A stretch of DNA of 59,923 nt, the filler included, from Basidiobolus ranarum (lineage: Eukaryota): assembly GCA_040143965.1 (NCBI GenBank). It is 10 parts of 10 records of this genome, joined end to end, with 100 filler letters (N's around TTAATTAATTAA, not from the genome) between each part and the next. Parts side by side here need not be neighbours in the genome. Positions count along the whole stretch, not along the records: positions 1 to 5,915 come from JASJQH010008340.1; positions 6,016 to 11,927 come from JASJQH010008341.1; 8 more parts are not named here. One strand, 5' to 3'. The notes under the pieces were generated by a model, which was not told the origin of the DNA, ran no database searches, and worked only from the letters and a program-made list of their open reading frames with translations. Positions 1-12,027 of the stretch are shown here, in pieces (the stretch's first letter is position 1; each line of letters begins with the position of its first letter). Position numbers and translations under genes: made by a program.

Positions 1-560
1 TGGCTGAATTCTTTATGGAAATTGGCCCAAATCCAAGAGCTTTGACTCATTGAAAATGGTAACAAGAGTCAGCAAAGTGGTTAGGGGGAGTACTAGTCAA
101 AATTTCAGATCTTTACCAATTTTTCCACCATTAGTTTGATGGTAAAGCATATTGATGTTGTTGAGTTTTGTCTGATCAGTCAAGTATGTGCACATGTATA
201 GACTAAGCAAACAAGATTTTTGTATTTCTGAGTTTCATTATGGCTTATATTCCAAGCCTAGAGTATCTAAATAAAGGCAAGCACATTGTTTTGAATTCCT
301 CTAACAGTAAGCTCAGTAATTTGCCATCTGAAAATTAGTTTTTTGAGAAAATTTTTGGAAACTCAATAATACATGCCAAAAGTGAGATTCAGTATTTTAT
401 CCTATATAATTACCATTAAAATACCATTGAGAAGCTGCCATCTTACAAAATCCCCAGCAGAATGCAAGCATTCAATAATATGACTGTTCCTGCAGGGTTT
501 GCAATCCAGAAGGGTTGATCAAAGCCAGATCAAAGTGATTTTATTTTTGTTAGTAGTTGT
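1..560 (+). mobile_element. CACTA/En-Spm-like transposon, 3' end of transposase region and right end (decayed)
   Basis: 1-75 matches 46060-46132, which lies directly downstream of Tnp2 coding sequence. 1-560 matches the reverse complement of 55050-55612. It ends with ATTTTTGTTAG (543-553), the reverse complement of the left-end motif CTAACAAAAAT (46141-46151). Confidence 0.7.
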
Positions 561-609
561 CACTCAAGTAAATTATGACAAATTGGCCAAAATACCTGCC
601 AAAGACACT

Positions 610-1590
610 CTGCAAAAGCATCATAAAGGTTGCTGGTGCATAGGATAGTCCAAAACTCATGACAAGATACTCATAGTGTCCATACCTTTATGTAAAGGCC
701 TATTTAGGTATATCTTCTAGTTTTACTTGGATTGGATTACAGCTTAACATAAGCTCAACTTTTCTAATTATTTTGGCACCATTGAGTTGATCCAGTAACT
801 CATTTATCCAGGGGATAGAGTATATGCTCTTTAGGGTAACAGTGCTCAGAGCTCAATGACAAAACACATTCTTAGAGTTCCTTCTTTCTTATAGACAAAC
901 AACACTGGTGATCCCAATGGTATCTAACTTGGTCTCATATATCCTTGCTTTGAGAGTTAGCCAATCAACTTTTTAAATTCTTGCAGCTCCAAGGGACTCT
1001 TGTGGTATGGTGCTTTGCTAACAGGTATGCTGTCTCCTGTATCAATTGTGTGGTCTACTTCTCCATCAGGTGGAATCTCTGTCAATTACTCTGAGAAAAA
1101 AACCTGATATTCCTTCAACACTTCCAACATTACAGTTGGATATTCTTTCACTTCTTTTCCTGAAATACAGCAACTAGAAATATCTCTTGATTTTTCCTGA
1201 CACCTTGGCCAAACTGACTGATAATGGCAAATATATTACTCTTCTGGTGGGTTTTGATAAGGTTACACTCCATTCTGGCTGGGGCAAGCTGATGAGTCTT
1301 GCCTTCTTGTCACACAGTAATCTCATGGGTTCTCAACTCAATATTTGGATTGTGCTGAATTAGCCAAGTATTTACAAGTACTGAGACAAGCTTACAGCTC
1401 TCAAACAATTAAGCTCATATATCATCATGGTGGTTTTCTCTATTGATCCACAAGAGACATGTATTGTGGCATATAGAGTGTGCTCTTCCTTTTAAAGAGG
1501 AAACTATGGTAGTTGAGGTAGGTTCCGAATAGATTGCTGCTCTGTTGGCAAATTGGCATGATTAAAACTCATGTTATAAATCTGAGGTAA
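610..1590 (-). mobile_element. Ty3/gypsy pol relic (protease and N-terminal reverse transcriptase), multiple stops and frameshifts
   Basis: Manual translation gives VDHTIDTGDSIPVSKAPY..SPLEL, GSPVLFVYKKEGTLRMC, INELLDQLNGAK and RYGHYEYLVMSFGLSYAPATF, with upstream WLIQHNPNI. These are canonical gypsy RT and protease-linker motifs. Confidence 0.9.
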
Positions 1591-4437
1591 TCATGATTCT
1601 GGTGTTATTTCTGTCCATGACTCCATTAAGATATATTAGCCTTCCAAAGTTCTCACTAGTCAAGGTATTTAAAAGCATTCCTAGTAATAGCCCTGTTATA
1701 GCCAAGAAAAATAGATTCCATTGTAGATATCCTCTCTTCAATATCTCTACCCATTTTGCATCTGACTGTCCCATCAGATAAATGTTTGATCCAGAGTGTG
1801 TGCACTTCAAGCACATATCCACATTACCTTTGAAATCCTTGAAAATCAGTCAAACTGCTAGCATTTGTTCAAATCCTTAATTTTGAAGATATTGGCACAT
1901 AACTCCCACAATATAGACAATATCTGGACATGTTCCAATCATGATATATATCAAGCTACCATTATAAGTTGATAAGCAAATCTCAGGTTTTCATTTAAAT
2001 CAAAGAACATCTGATTTGAGCCATTTTTGGTCAAGTTAAGATTTCTGTCCATTAGGGTATATGGTGATTATATTTTTCCATTTTTAGTTATTTTAGTTTA
2101 TCTTGTATATACTTAAACTGGTTTGAAGTTACTGTTTTGGAAGGTCTATCTATCTTAATTTGAATTCCTATATGGTAAGTCAGTTCACCAAGATCAGTGA
2201 TTTTGAATTTGGAAGTCAAGCTGGATTTGGTTTTCTCTAAAGTCTTTGGGTCATTGGTTGCTAAAATAAGATTATCTGCATATATGGGTAATAAAACTGG
2301 TTTTGTCTTATCTGGCCTGAAGTATGCCTACTGTCAGCATTATTTGTTTGTAAATTTAGTACTTCCATAAAGCATTTATATTGCTATACCAAGCTCTTGG
2401 AGAATGTTTAAAGCCATAGAGAGTTATTTGGAGTGTGCAAACTTTTTTATGGCTGTCTGGTGCTACAAATCTGTCTGGCTTGTCCATATACATCTCCTCA
2501 GCAAGCTCACCACCCAAAAAGTGGCTTTAATATCCATTTGATGTAAAATAAATGATACTCAGCTGAAACTGCTAAAATAACTCAAATTGAAATAAACTTA
2601 GCTACAGGAGCAAAAGTTTCTATACATTCTAATCCAGGTGTATAGACATATCCATTGGCTACTAGCCTAGCCTTGAACCTTTCTTGATTGCTATCAAAAT
2701 CTTATTTAACTTGAAACACCCATTGCCAGCCAATTGATTTTCTATCATCAGGTAAGTTGCTTAAAAATCCCAGTTCAATTAACAAGCAAAGCCTGGTACT
2801 CATCAGCCATTGCAGATCTCCAAAACTTTGTGCAAAGGCCATTCAGGGCCTCTGCTACAGTCTGGAGCTCATGTATTTGCACTGTGCAGATGGAGGCTCA
2901 CCTTTGGGACTCATTTATGTAGTAATCAGGGCTATTTTTGATCCAATTTGATATCCTGGTCAGGTATAAAAGTACTACAACTTCTTGCATGATATGTGTT
3001 TAAGCAGCACAGACATAGGCCCAATTTTGGGATTCAATGATATAAAAAGCAGGGCTATTTCCAATCAAATTTGATTTCTTGGTTTGAGATGACAGTAAAA
3101 TAACTTCTGGTATTGTGATAGGCCACTTAGAAGACACATAGTGGGTGAAAGGGACCACTGGAATGCTAGTTTCTTCATTGTTTTGACTTGAATAAATTTC
3201 AATGATTGGATCAGGAGAACATTGATTTTCATCTTTATTTGAGTTCATTTTGGATGAGAATCTTTCATTTTCATTAAGCAAAACTACTGGAGTGGATGAG
3301 CTTCAATATTCTGGTATCATAGAGTCTGTAAGCATTAGATATCCATAATTGAGTGATTTCATGATTTGAATAACTAATATTGACACATAAACCTCTTTGA
3401 CAATGTGTAGGTTTGCATAAGCTCTGATCCTTTTCTACCACAGCTAAATCATTTCCGTTTTGTTCAGTGTGGATGAATTTTGGCTTATCACAATTGATCT
3501 TTAGCCCTTTTAAGGTGGCCTGCCATATATACAGTAATTTCTTGGCAATATCTGGAGCAAGTAATATATCCTTAAATATAAATGCTTTCTCTTCAGAGGA
3601 TGTAGTTAAATTGACTTGAATTGTCAAAGTCCAATGGCATCCAATATGTGGTCTTCTCTCATGAAATCCTTTCTAACTTGGCTTTCTTCATGATCCACAA
3701 ACCTATATTTTCCATTTGTGATATGTTGGGAGGCTCCAAAATCAATACACCATAGCAGCAAGTCTTTGTAGGTAGTAATAGATAGAGCTAATATAAGCAA
3801 GTGCTTGTCTGTTGTAATTTCCTTCATTTTTTGGTTGGATCCTAATTTGCACAAATCTTCATCCATGAGTCAGCCAGATATATAACTAAAGGTCAAATTT
3901 TAGGTTCTTGCTTTTGGAGACATTACTAGGCTCTGATACTTGTGTGGCAGGCTATTTTGGACTGTAACTATGTTATCTTGATTAGTAGTTGGAGCTCCCA
4001 TATGTCTTATTTCATCCATTCAACAAGTACCTGTTCCAAATAGTGTTTTAATATTGTCACCGGCTTTATCTTTAAGTTAAAGAAGTGTCTTCTTAGAGAT
4101 ATCTTGTTTGCAGCAGAACATATTTGATAGGTGTTACCCAAGGCTTTCCATACCTTTTTGGCAGTTTTAGCTCTTTGACATTTTATTAGCAATTTGTCTT
4201 TAACATTAAGACATATTGTGTGATAGGTAGTTGGTTCTTTTTTAACCTGGAGTAAAGCTTTGGTTTCTAATAGCTTTATATTATTATCTCCTGCTACAAC
4301 AGCATCTCACAGTCCTAGCTCTGTCAGCAACATTTTCATTTTAATTTTCCAAACTTGAAAGATGGTCCTATCCAATTGTTTAGGAGAAGAAATATTCCAG
4401 AATTCTGAGATGTAGACATCACAGAGACACAGGCTTG

Positions 4438-4449
4438 GGGCTCATAGCC
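4438..4449 (-). promoter_or_regulatory. Primer-binding site, half-tRNAiMet type (GGCTATGAGCCC)
   Basis: Lies immediately 3' of the LTR. One mismatch to GGTTATGAGCCC, which is complementary to the initiator tRNA-Met anticodon arm. Confidence 0.8.
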
Positions 4450-4712
4450 TTTTGAAGTATATGGGATCCTGTTGGAAGTAGATTGGACAATCAGAGAAAT
4501 TGGTGGTTTTCATTAATTTGTATATTGAGTAGAAAGTTGACATTTATACTTTTGTCAAGATGTAAGCAAAGTAAAATGTAGAGTGAGTTAAGCAAGGTCT
4601 CAGGAATATATGTGCAAAGTTTGAGGCTTCAAGCACATGTTTGAAAAGTTCATATATCTGAGAACTTCTAAGTTGGTACAAATATTTAATGTAAATTCCA
4701 ATTTAGTCAACA
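4450..4712 (-). repeat. Copia family B LTR (about 263 bp)
   Basis: Starts TGTTG on the minus strand and abuts the PBS. Homologous to 37331-37591 (TG..CA) and to about 16960-17193. Confidence 0.8.
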
Positions 4713-4879
4713 GATATTATCTTTGTAAAATATCAGATAACCAAGTTCTAACCTAAATATTACAATATAGGTGTTTAGGCAATGCTAATTTCAATATTGT
4801 TCACATTGCAAAAAAATTCAGCAGTGAATTACAAAGTGGCCTCAGCTTCTTCTTGCTGATTTGTGTCTGACTCTTCTGG

Positions 4880-5580
4880 AGTCTCAACAATGTTAAAGCT
4901 CTTGGTATTCTCCTTTGGCTTTCTGTCTAGACCATATCTAACATAATATCCATTCTTATGACATGTGAGGCGCAATTTTCCTTGCTTACATCCTTCAATA
5001 GAGACCTTAATGTAAAAGGACTAAATCTCTATGGGAGTTCCTTCCATTGCTCTCCTGGAGTAACTTTGTTTGTGTCTGCTTTCCATGGCATATGATCTAC
5101 CTTCACCATACATGGTTGAGTCATAGGGAATTACAATCTTAATGGCCTGTTCTAAGGTGTCTGAGGCTTGGTAGTGTATTTATATCTTGGCTCTTTCTTT
5201 CAATGCTTCAACAAAGTATTGCACTTAGTCTAGCTGATGCATACTGTTGATCTGGCCCATAAAGCTTCTGAACTGGTTGATGTATACCAGCACAGTTTAT
5301 ACTTGTTTCTGCTGCGGTAATTTTCTTTGAAGTAGTTGTTGCTGGTGAGGATTATTAAAAGCATATTGATTATCAAGGATAAACTATTCCAAAGTAGTGA
5401 TTGGTGGTAATTCACCTCTAGCTGCTGCTCTAGCTCTGTTGTGAAACCACTGGAGGGCTGTAATTATCAGAAAGGAGGCTACATAGTGTAGCATGTTGGC
5501 ATCCCAAGCTCCTCTGGCTTTCAAGGCTTCTTCAAGCTGAAAGATCAAAGTTCCTAGATTTTGATCAACTTGTTCATGGT
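4880..5580 (-). mobile_element. Ty3/gypsy gag relic (capsid and degenerate zinc knuckle)
   Basis: IFQLEEALKARG..MLHYVASFL..ALQWF, YINQFRSFMGQINSM..VQYFVEALK..DTLEQAIKI and TPIEI (TPMEI-like). Same strand as, and upstream of, the gypsy pol at 610-1590. Confidence 0.75.
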
Positions 5581-5597
5581 TTTAGCAACCTTAACAC

Positions 5598-5915
5598 TTG
5601 TTGTGCCCGACCAGAAATTTGCAAATTGTTATTGCAACAAAACCATCACAACTTTAATCAATAGTTGATTTGCCATTTAATTACCATCATAAATTTATTG
5701 GCTTAGATGTGATTTTAAACAATTTTTTAAGTTTCAGGAGTGAAATGTCAAGATCTTGCAAAATAGTTGCTCATGATTTACTATAAGGAGAACTATAAGT
5801 CAACACATGTGCAAAAACATAACTCCAATTTTACATTTGCCATGTAAATGATGATTTGTTGCCTTTGAAATCCATAGATTCTCTCATATGTTCTCCTGAA
5901 TATTGTTATAGAGTT
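5598..5915. mobile_element. CACTA-like element left end and 3' end of ORF2
   Basis: Colinear similarity with 17341-17665 and 46137-46445. Confidence 0.7.
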
Positions 5916-6015
5916 NNNNNNNNNNNNNNNNNNNNNNNNNNNNNNNNNNNNNNNNNNNNTTAATTAATTAANNNNNNNNNNNNNNNNNNNNNNNNNNNNN
6001 NNNNNNNNNNNNNNN
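5916..6015. other. Artificial contig-joining spacer (N44-TTAATTAATTAA-N44); the same spacer occurs at 11928-12027, 17937-18036, 23943-24042, 29944-30043, 35944-36043, 41942-42041, 47940-48039 and 53932-54031
   Basis: Nine identical 100-nt N runs with a central six-frame-stop linker. The intervening segments fall in length from 5915 to 5892 nt, as expected for size-sorted unlinked contigs. Confidence 0.98.
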
Positions 6016-6101
6016 TTCTTGGCAATCTTGTGTTAGCTCATCCAGATTACCTTATATGAAAGTCATGTTCTTTGGAGTGTTCCATGAAACCTAACCAATC
6101 A

Positions 6102-6456
6102 TGTCATCCCACACGTAGTGTATTTCTGCCAAGACCTTCCATGGAAGGTCATCTGATCATCCTTACATCATCCCTCTTTGTATTGGTCCTTGTCATCCCC
6201 AACACCCCAACTCTTGAACTTGCCACAGAATATTCCCTATTCAGTATATTATGTTTCACCTTGCAATATCTATATAAGCCTCATGTATTCCTTGATCCGA
6301 CTGAGGTCTGATCAATGCCAGTTCTCAATAAAGATTCTTGCCAAAGTATCTTCCTTGTCCAGTCTTGTCTTGTCTTTAGGTCTACACCCAAGTACCCTCC
6401 TGCCTTCTAGCCTTTTGTTGTTGTTACCAGTCCTTGTTTAGTCCCTTATTGTGACA
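6102..6456 (+). repeat. Candidate solo LTR (third family)
   Basis: TGTCA...TGACA terminal inverted repeat, internal TATATAAG (about 6271) and AATAAA (about 6327), with a pyrimidine-rich U5-like end. No target-site duplication is evident and there is only one copy in the window. Confidence 0.45.
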
Positions 6457-6459
6457 ACT

Positions 6460-6950
6460 ACATCCAAAAAGTTTTTCCTTGACTCCTGGAGTTAATTTGA
6501 AGAAACCTTGGCTCTAGTAGCTATGTTCAGCTTGATTGTATCAATCCTAGGACTCACAGCCTTCCATAAACTTAAATTGCATTGAATGGAAGTAAAAACA
6601 GTAATTCTGAGTGGATGTCTAGATGAAGAGGTCTATACAGAGCTAGCAGATTACTTTGTTAGCTCAAAACACACTGATATGGTACTTAAAAACAAAAAAA
6701 ATGGAAAATAGATCTAGGCATCCAGGGCCTTGCACAACCAGTTAAATGCCTGTTAAAGTCACTGAAATTTCAAGAATGCACAGTAGTTTACAGTATTTAT
6801 ATAAATATTACTGGATATAGGTCCATATATTGGCACTATATGTGGATGATCTGGGCATAGTCACAAATGCTCAGCAAGCACTTTGTCAGAAGAAATCAGA
6901 TTATGAAACCTACTTCAGATGAAAGGTATGGGCTAATTATGTTGTAATAG
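6460..6950 (+). mobile_element. Ty1/copia RT fragment (family A-like)
   Basis: TPGVNLKKP/ETxAxVA, LSGCLDEEVY and ALYVDDL-type motifs; similar to 8990-9450. Confidence 0.8.
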
Positions 6951-6959
6951 TGAGGTTAG

Positions 6960-9900
6960 TAGGAACCTTGTGATTGCCGTAGAATCAAGATCAGAGCCAT
7001 TAACAATGGAATATGTTGGTTATAGGCTTTTGAATGAGGAATTTGGGATATCCAATTCTCAGCAAAATAATGCAGATCAGGCAGTTTTGGAGCTGTAGAG
7101 TGTCCAACAGGCTTCAGAAATGGAGCCCCTAATAGAAAATAGCTCATCTGCAATTATTGCTAGAGACCAGGCCATTTAATCAAAGTTTGTAGAAAACAAT
7201 CTTTGCCAAAAAGCTGAAATTGCAACAATCAAATCAAGTAAGAACTTATAGAGATCATCTATTTGTGTCTGCCATATCAGTAACCACTAAGGAAGATTCA
7301 GACAAATGGTGCATTGATTCAAGAGCTTACCAGTATATGTCGAGCAAGAAAGATTTGTTTTCTAGCTTAAAACCCTTGCTGACAAGGAAAGTCTGCTGAG
7401 AAGATGAATATCCACAGGAAACAGCCAATAAGGGCACAGTTGTGCTCAATTTAAATCACAATTCAGCTACACCATCTGCAAGATTGAATGATGCAATCTG
7501 AATTTTAGATAAAGCCAAGAAGCAACTCTCAGTTGGCTAAGCTTCAGCTCAAGGACTAAATGTTGTGTTCAGCATGGTTGGATGCACTATCATAGATCAC
7601 ACTAATAACTAATTAGCTACTGGGAGCAAAGCTTCAAACTTATTCAAGCTGGAAAGCAACAAATAGCATTCAAACCCTACAAAGTTGGCCAAGAGTGGTG
7701 AAATAAGCAGTTGAACATGGCATAGCAGATCAGGCCACATTGAAGAGCAAAAACTGGCCCAAATAATTCAAAATTAGCTTGTTTCAGGCTTGTAAATGGA
7801 AAATGTTACCAAATTTGTTCTCTGCAAAGGTTGCATGCATGGAAAGCATCACAGGCAGCTGTTTGTAAGCTCTGGAGAGATTCAATCCACTCAGAATCTT
7901 ACTCTAATTCATTCTGACCAATGTGGGCTGATGAACAAAGTCCCATTAGGTGGCAAAAGATACTTCAAGAACTTTATTAATGGCAAAAGAAGATATGCTT
8001 GGGTATTCAATCTCAAATCAAAACCTCCAGCTTCAACTACATTCAAACACTACAGAGCAACAGTAGATAAAAAAGCAGCACATATAATAAGGGTACCTAG
8101 TGGTGACAATGATGAAGAATACAGCTCCAATGACTTTGCTAGTGCATGCTCTAAATTTAGAATTAAGCAACACACTACTGTGCCTTGTGCTTCACAGCAA
8201 AATATTAGTTGCCCAAAGCTCTAATAGGACCATAGTGAAGATACTATGCTACATGATCAAAAGTTAGGTTACCAATATTGGGCTGAGTCTGTCTCCACTT
8301 TAGTCTATAGCAAAAACAGATGTTCACAAGTTGGCTCCCATATTCTACTCCATTTAAAGCCCTATATGGATCAAACCAAAAGTGGAGCATCTCAGGAGCT
8401 TTGGTTCCACAGCATATTGCCTAATTCCAGCACAAAAACACTCTAATTTGGAACCCCAATGGAGCATATGTATATTTCATGGTTACTGTATTGGATATAT
8501 GGCCTACAGACTGCTTGATACAAAAATTCAAAGAGAATTAAGAGCAAAAATACAATTTTTTATCAAAAAGCAAGTTTCTCACCTTAATACACAGTTCTTG
8601 ATCCAGAAAATAAAATTAATACCATTAAGGAAGTGTCTGATGACATTGCAGCCCCAATGGCCTCAAAGGATAATTCAGAGCCTACAAGATTGTTCAGAAG
8701 GAGAAATAAGCCAGGGAATTAGTGAAACACTTCAAATGCTTTCTATGCTCATGCAGCATTTGGCAATAAGCCACAAACTTTAGATCAAACTCTCAAGTGT
8801 CAAGAAATTGAAATTCTGGGAAAAGCAATGTTGGGTTAGTTTTCTGCACTTCACAACAACAAAAGGTTGGTTTTCAGTCCTCTACCATCATGGAGAGTGT
8901 CCATAAGTTGCAATTGGTCTACAAGGTTGAACACACAATTCATGGAACCAAAGAAAGGTATAGGGCAGGATTTGTTGCCAAAAGTTATTCCCAAACTCCA
9001 GGAGTTGCTATTGAAGAAACCTTTTCTCCACTTGCTAAACTTAGCTTCATTAGATCAATCCTGGCACTCTCAGCCATCCATAACCTTGATTTATATTGGA
9101 TGGATGCAAAAATGGTCTTTCTAAATGGAAATCTAGATGAAGAGACCTATATGGAGCAGCCACATGGATTTTTTGACCTAAAACACCCTGACATGGTCTG
9201 CAAACTGCAAAAAGTGCTACATGGAAAAAGCCAAGCTCCTAGAGCCTGGTACATCAAGATAGATACATGCTTGGAATAACTGGAAATCCAAAAATGCATA
9301 GCATATCACAGCATTTGGAACAAAACAACCGGAAATGAAATCCTTATGTTTGCACCATATGTGGCTGACTTGATCATAGCCACAAATGCTCTAGAAGCAC
9401 TTAATCAAATGAAAACAGCTTATCAGACCAATTTCTGATGACTGATGATGGTGAAAAAACTTTCATCCTTGGAATACAAATCAACCAAGACAAACCTAAT
9501 CAGAAATTGATGCTGAATTAGTCTAGATACATCCTAGACATCCTAAAACATGTCAACATAGAGAATAGCAAGCCTGTATTACCACCAATGGATGCCAATG
9601 TGAAATTACACAAAATTTCATTTAATTTGGCCCAATATGACTCAAATAAAAGCCAGCAGTTCCCATATCAATCTATGTTGGGTAGCTTAATATATACAAT
9701 GGTTGGAATATGTCCAGATATTGCTGTGGCAGTAGGAAATGTCAGCAAATATCTCAAAAATCCAGGATCTGAGCACACAATTGCAGTGAAACAAATATTC
9801 ACGTATTTTAGAGGAACTGTTGATCTAGTTTGGGAGTACTCTTGCACTCCTGATAAGCAAGATTTTGAAGTCTACAGTAATGCAGACTGGGGAAGAAACA

Positions 9901-10085
9901 TTGATGATAGAGGATCAACAACTGTGTATACTTTGTGCTATAGTAATGGAGCCATAACTTGGAGTAGTAAGAAGCAACCACCCACAGCACTTTCCACTAC
10001 AGAAGCATAGTATATGGCTGCCTGTGCTACTACACAAGAAGCTATGTGGTTAAGGAAGTTAATTTCTGAACTATGATACATGTGC
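6960..10085 (+). mobile_element. Ty1/copia family A gag-pol body, decayed (gag C-terminus, protease, GAG-pre-integrase, rve, RVT_2, RNase H)
   Basis: WCIDSRAYQYM, LCKGCMHGK, LIHSDQCG, YWAESVSTLVYSKNR, HLRSFGSTAY, RYRAGFVAKSYSQTPG, FLNGNLDEETYMEQPHGF, YSNADWG and WSSKKQPPTALSTTEA. Confidence 0.93.
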
Positions 10086-10109
10086 ATCTTTTTGATGATC
10101 AGATCTAAT

Positions 10110-11090
10110 ATATGCAATTGAATACTCTTCAGCTGATAAATCAGTATCCTTTGCAGCCTCAACAGTGATGAAGTTGTGGTTCCAATTTTCTGCCAGGCCT
10201 CATTAAGGCTAACATGCCTTCTTTTCAGCATTGTGCCTTCTTTAATATCACAGAGATTGTGTAATTGAGTTTGAGGGAGGTACATCCTATATAGGCATTC
10301 ACTGGGCTCAGAACCAAGTTTAATTTTTTCTCTCTGTTTGTATGTACAAAGCTACCTTGGAATGTACCATTTTTCAAAAGAGTAAGCTATAGATCTAGCA
10401 TTGTATTGGCTTATGTTCTTAAAGTAGTCTGCCATAGAGATTGCTTTGGCTCAAAATACATAACAAATTTCTGAATGATGTAACATAGCTCTGCCATTTC
10501 TACTATTTTCCTGTTATTCCTGGCAGCGACTGCATTTCTGTATGAAATATCAGACAGAGAGCCTTCTTGCCTAATTTTGTAATACCTCACAATTTTATCA
10601 AATTCCAGTGATATGCTTTCTTATCCATTAGCTATTATCATAGCCACAACTTTCCAGCCCAATCCATTCTCTACCTCAGTCATCAATTTTGACAATTTTT
10701 CCAGAGTTTGACTTTTGTGCCTTAAAAAGTAAACAGCGCTTACTCTGACATGTAACTTGCAAACTGAATGAAGTGTCTGCTGCCTCCCAGTGAGTTAGAG
10801 TTCATAAGTCTGCATTTATTGAAATTATTCATTCTTTACAATTTCTTAGTTCCACCAGTTACATCTTTAGGAATGGAGCTTCTTAGTTCAAGTCCCAAGA
10901 CTACTTCTTTCTATTGAAGAGATCTCAGGCAAGGTAATGCCAGATGACCAACATAATATTGCCTAAGTGTGAACATGTTAGACTTATCTCCAGCTAAGTT
11001 TGCAAATTCAGAGTTCTTGAGTCTAGGATCCTAATGGTGGAGACATTAATCCCCAGTCCCTTCAAGAATAACAATGTTGCACCTGTAATT
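10110..11090 (-). mobile_element. Divergent Ty1/copia integrase fragment inserted in opposite orientation
   Basis: Minus-strand motifs SLGGSRHFI, VYFLRHKSQTL..EVENGLG, RAMLHHS..AKAISMADYFKN and YRMY. The nucleotide sequence is unlike families A and B. Confidence 0.7.
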
Positions 11091-11099
11091 GTTTATAAT

Positions 11100-11927
11100 T
11101 CAGCATGCTTATAAAATACTTATCAAAATTTAGATTATTTGATGAAGTTTTGAGAAAATAATGAAAATTGGAATAGTGATCTAATTGATATTTCTATCAA
11201 TTAGAAAATAAACACACATTTTTGAAAGGCAGAATTGAGTGCTTAATAATTGGAATAGAAATAAACCAACTACTGAATAATGAGTTGCTATTTACTACTT
11301 TTCAACATTCCCACTCAACTAATTATTTTGTATTTCTCTTAAACCTAACTTATATTGTAACAATTCAAATTGTGCTCTAGCTAAAGGGTTGGCTAAGATG
11401 TCAGCTACCATTTCTTCAGTAGGGCAATAGATAGGCGCAATTATTTCATTCTCTATTACTTCTCTAACAAAATGATGTCTGTTATCAATATACTTTGTTC
11501 TAGTATGAATGGTAGGGCTTTGAACTCAAGAAATATACCTTTGATTATCTTCTAACACAGAAATAGCACTTCTATGCATGTATCCTAAGTCTTGAAATAA
11601 CTTCCTCAATCACATAGTTTCTTGTGTAGTGGCAGAGGAAGCCATATACTCTGCTTCTCAAGGGGAACTTGCTATGGTTAGTGCTTCTTAGTATTCCAAG
11701 TTATTGCTCCATCATCATAGAGAGAAGTGTACCCAGTTGTTGATGTTGTATCATCAAGGTTTCTTCCTCAGTCTGTTTCACTGTAGCCTTCAAAACTTTG
11801 TGCATCAGGAGTGGCAGAGTAAGCCAGATATAAATCTAGAGTTCCTTTCAAATACCTGAAAATTCATTTGACTCCAGTTTTGTGCTGAGATCCTGGATTT
11901 TTGAGATATTGGCGGACAGTTCCTACC
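11100..11927 (-). mobile_element. Copia family A RNase H, PPT (11308-11316) and partial 3' LTR (starts 11307)
   Basis: RTKYIDNRHHFVRE..YCPTEEMVADILANPL, followed by GAGTGGGAA-TGTTG and LTR-A sequence. Confidence 0.88.
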
Positions 11928-12027
11928 NNNNNNNNNNNNNNNNNNNNNNNNNNNNNNNNNNNNNNNNNNNNTTAATTAATTAANNNNNNNNNNNNNNNNN
12001 NNNNNNNNNNNNNNNNNNNNNNNNNNN

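Larger units (their letters stand above)
1590..4712 (-). mobile_element. Ty1/copia LTR retrotransposon, family B, decayed (5' LTR, PBS, gag, protease, integrase end, RT, partial RNase H)
   Basis: Domains appear in copia order: FQVWKIKMKMLL and TAKKVWKAL..NKISLRRHFFNL (gag), WCIDFGASQHIT (protease), AYRLYD (integrase C-terminus), RKSIGWQWVF..ERFKARLVANGY..ETFAPVAK (RVT_2) and GQSDAKW (RNase H). Confidence 0.9.

Noticed and set aside
5960..5971. Recurrent TTAATTAATTAA palindrome about every 6 kb
   Set aside because: It is always centred in a 100-nt N run, so it is an assembly linker. Adjacency across spacers carries no biological meaning and no cross-contig gene cluster is claimed.
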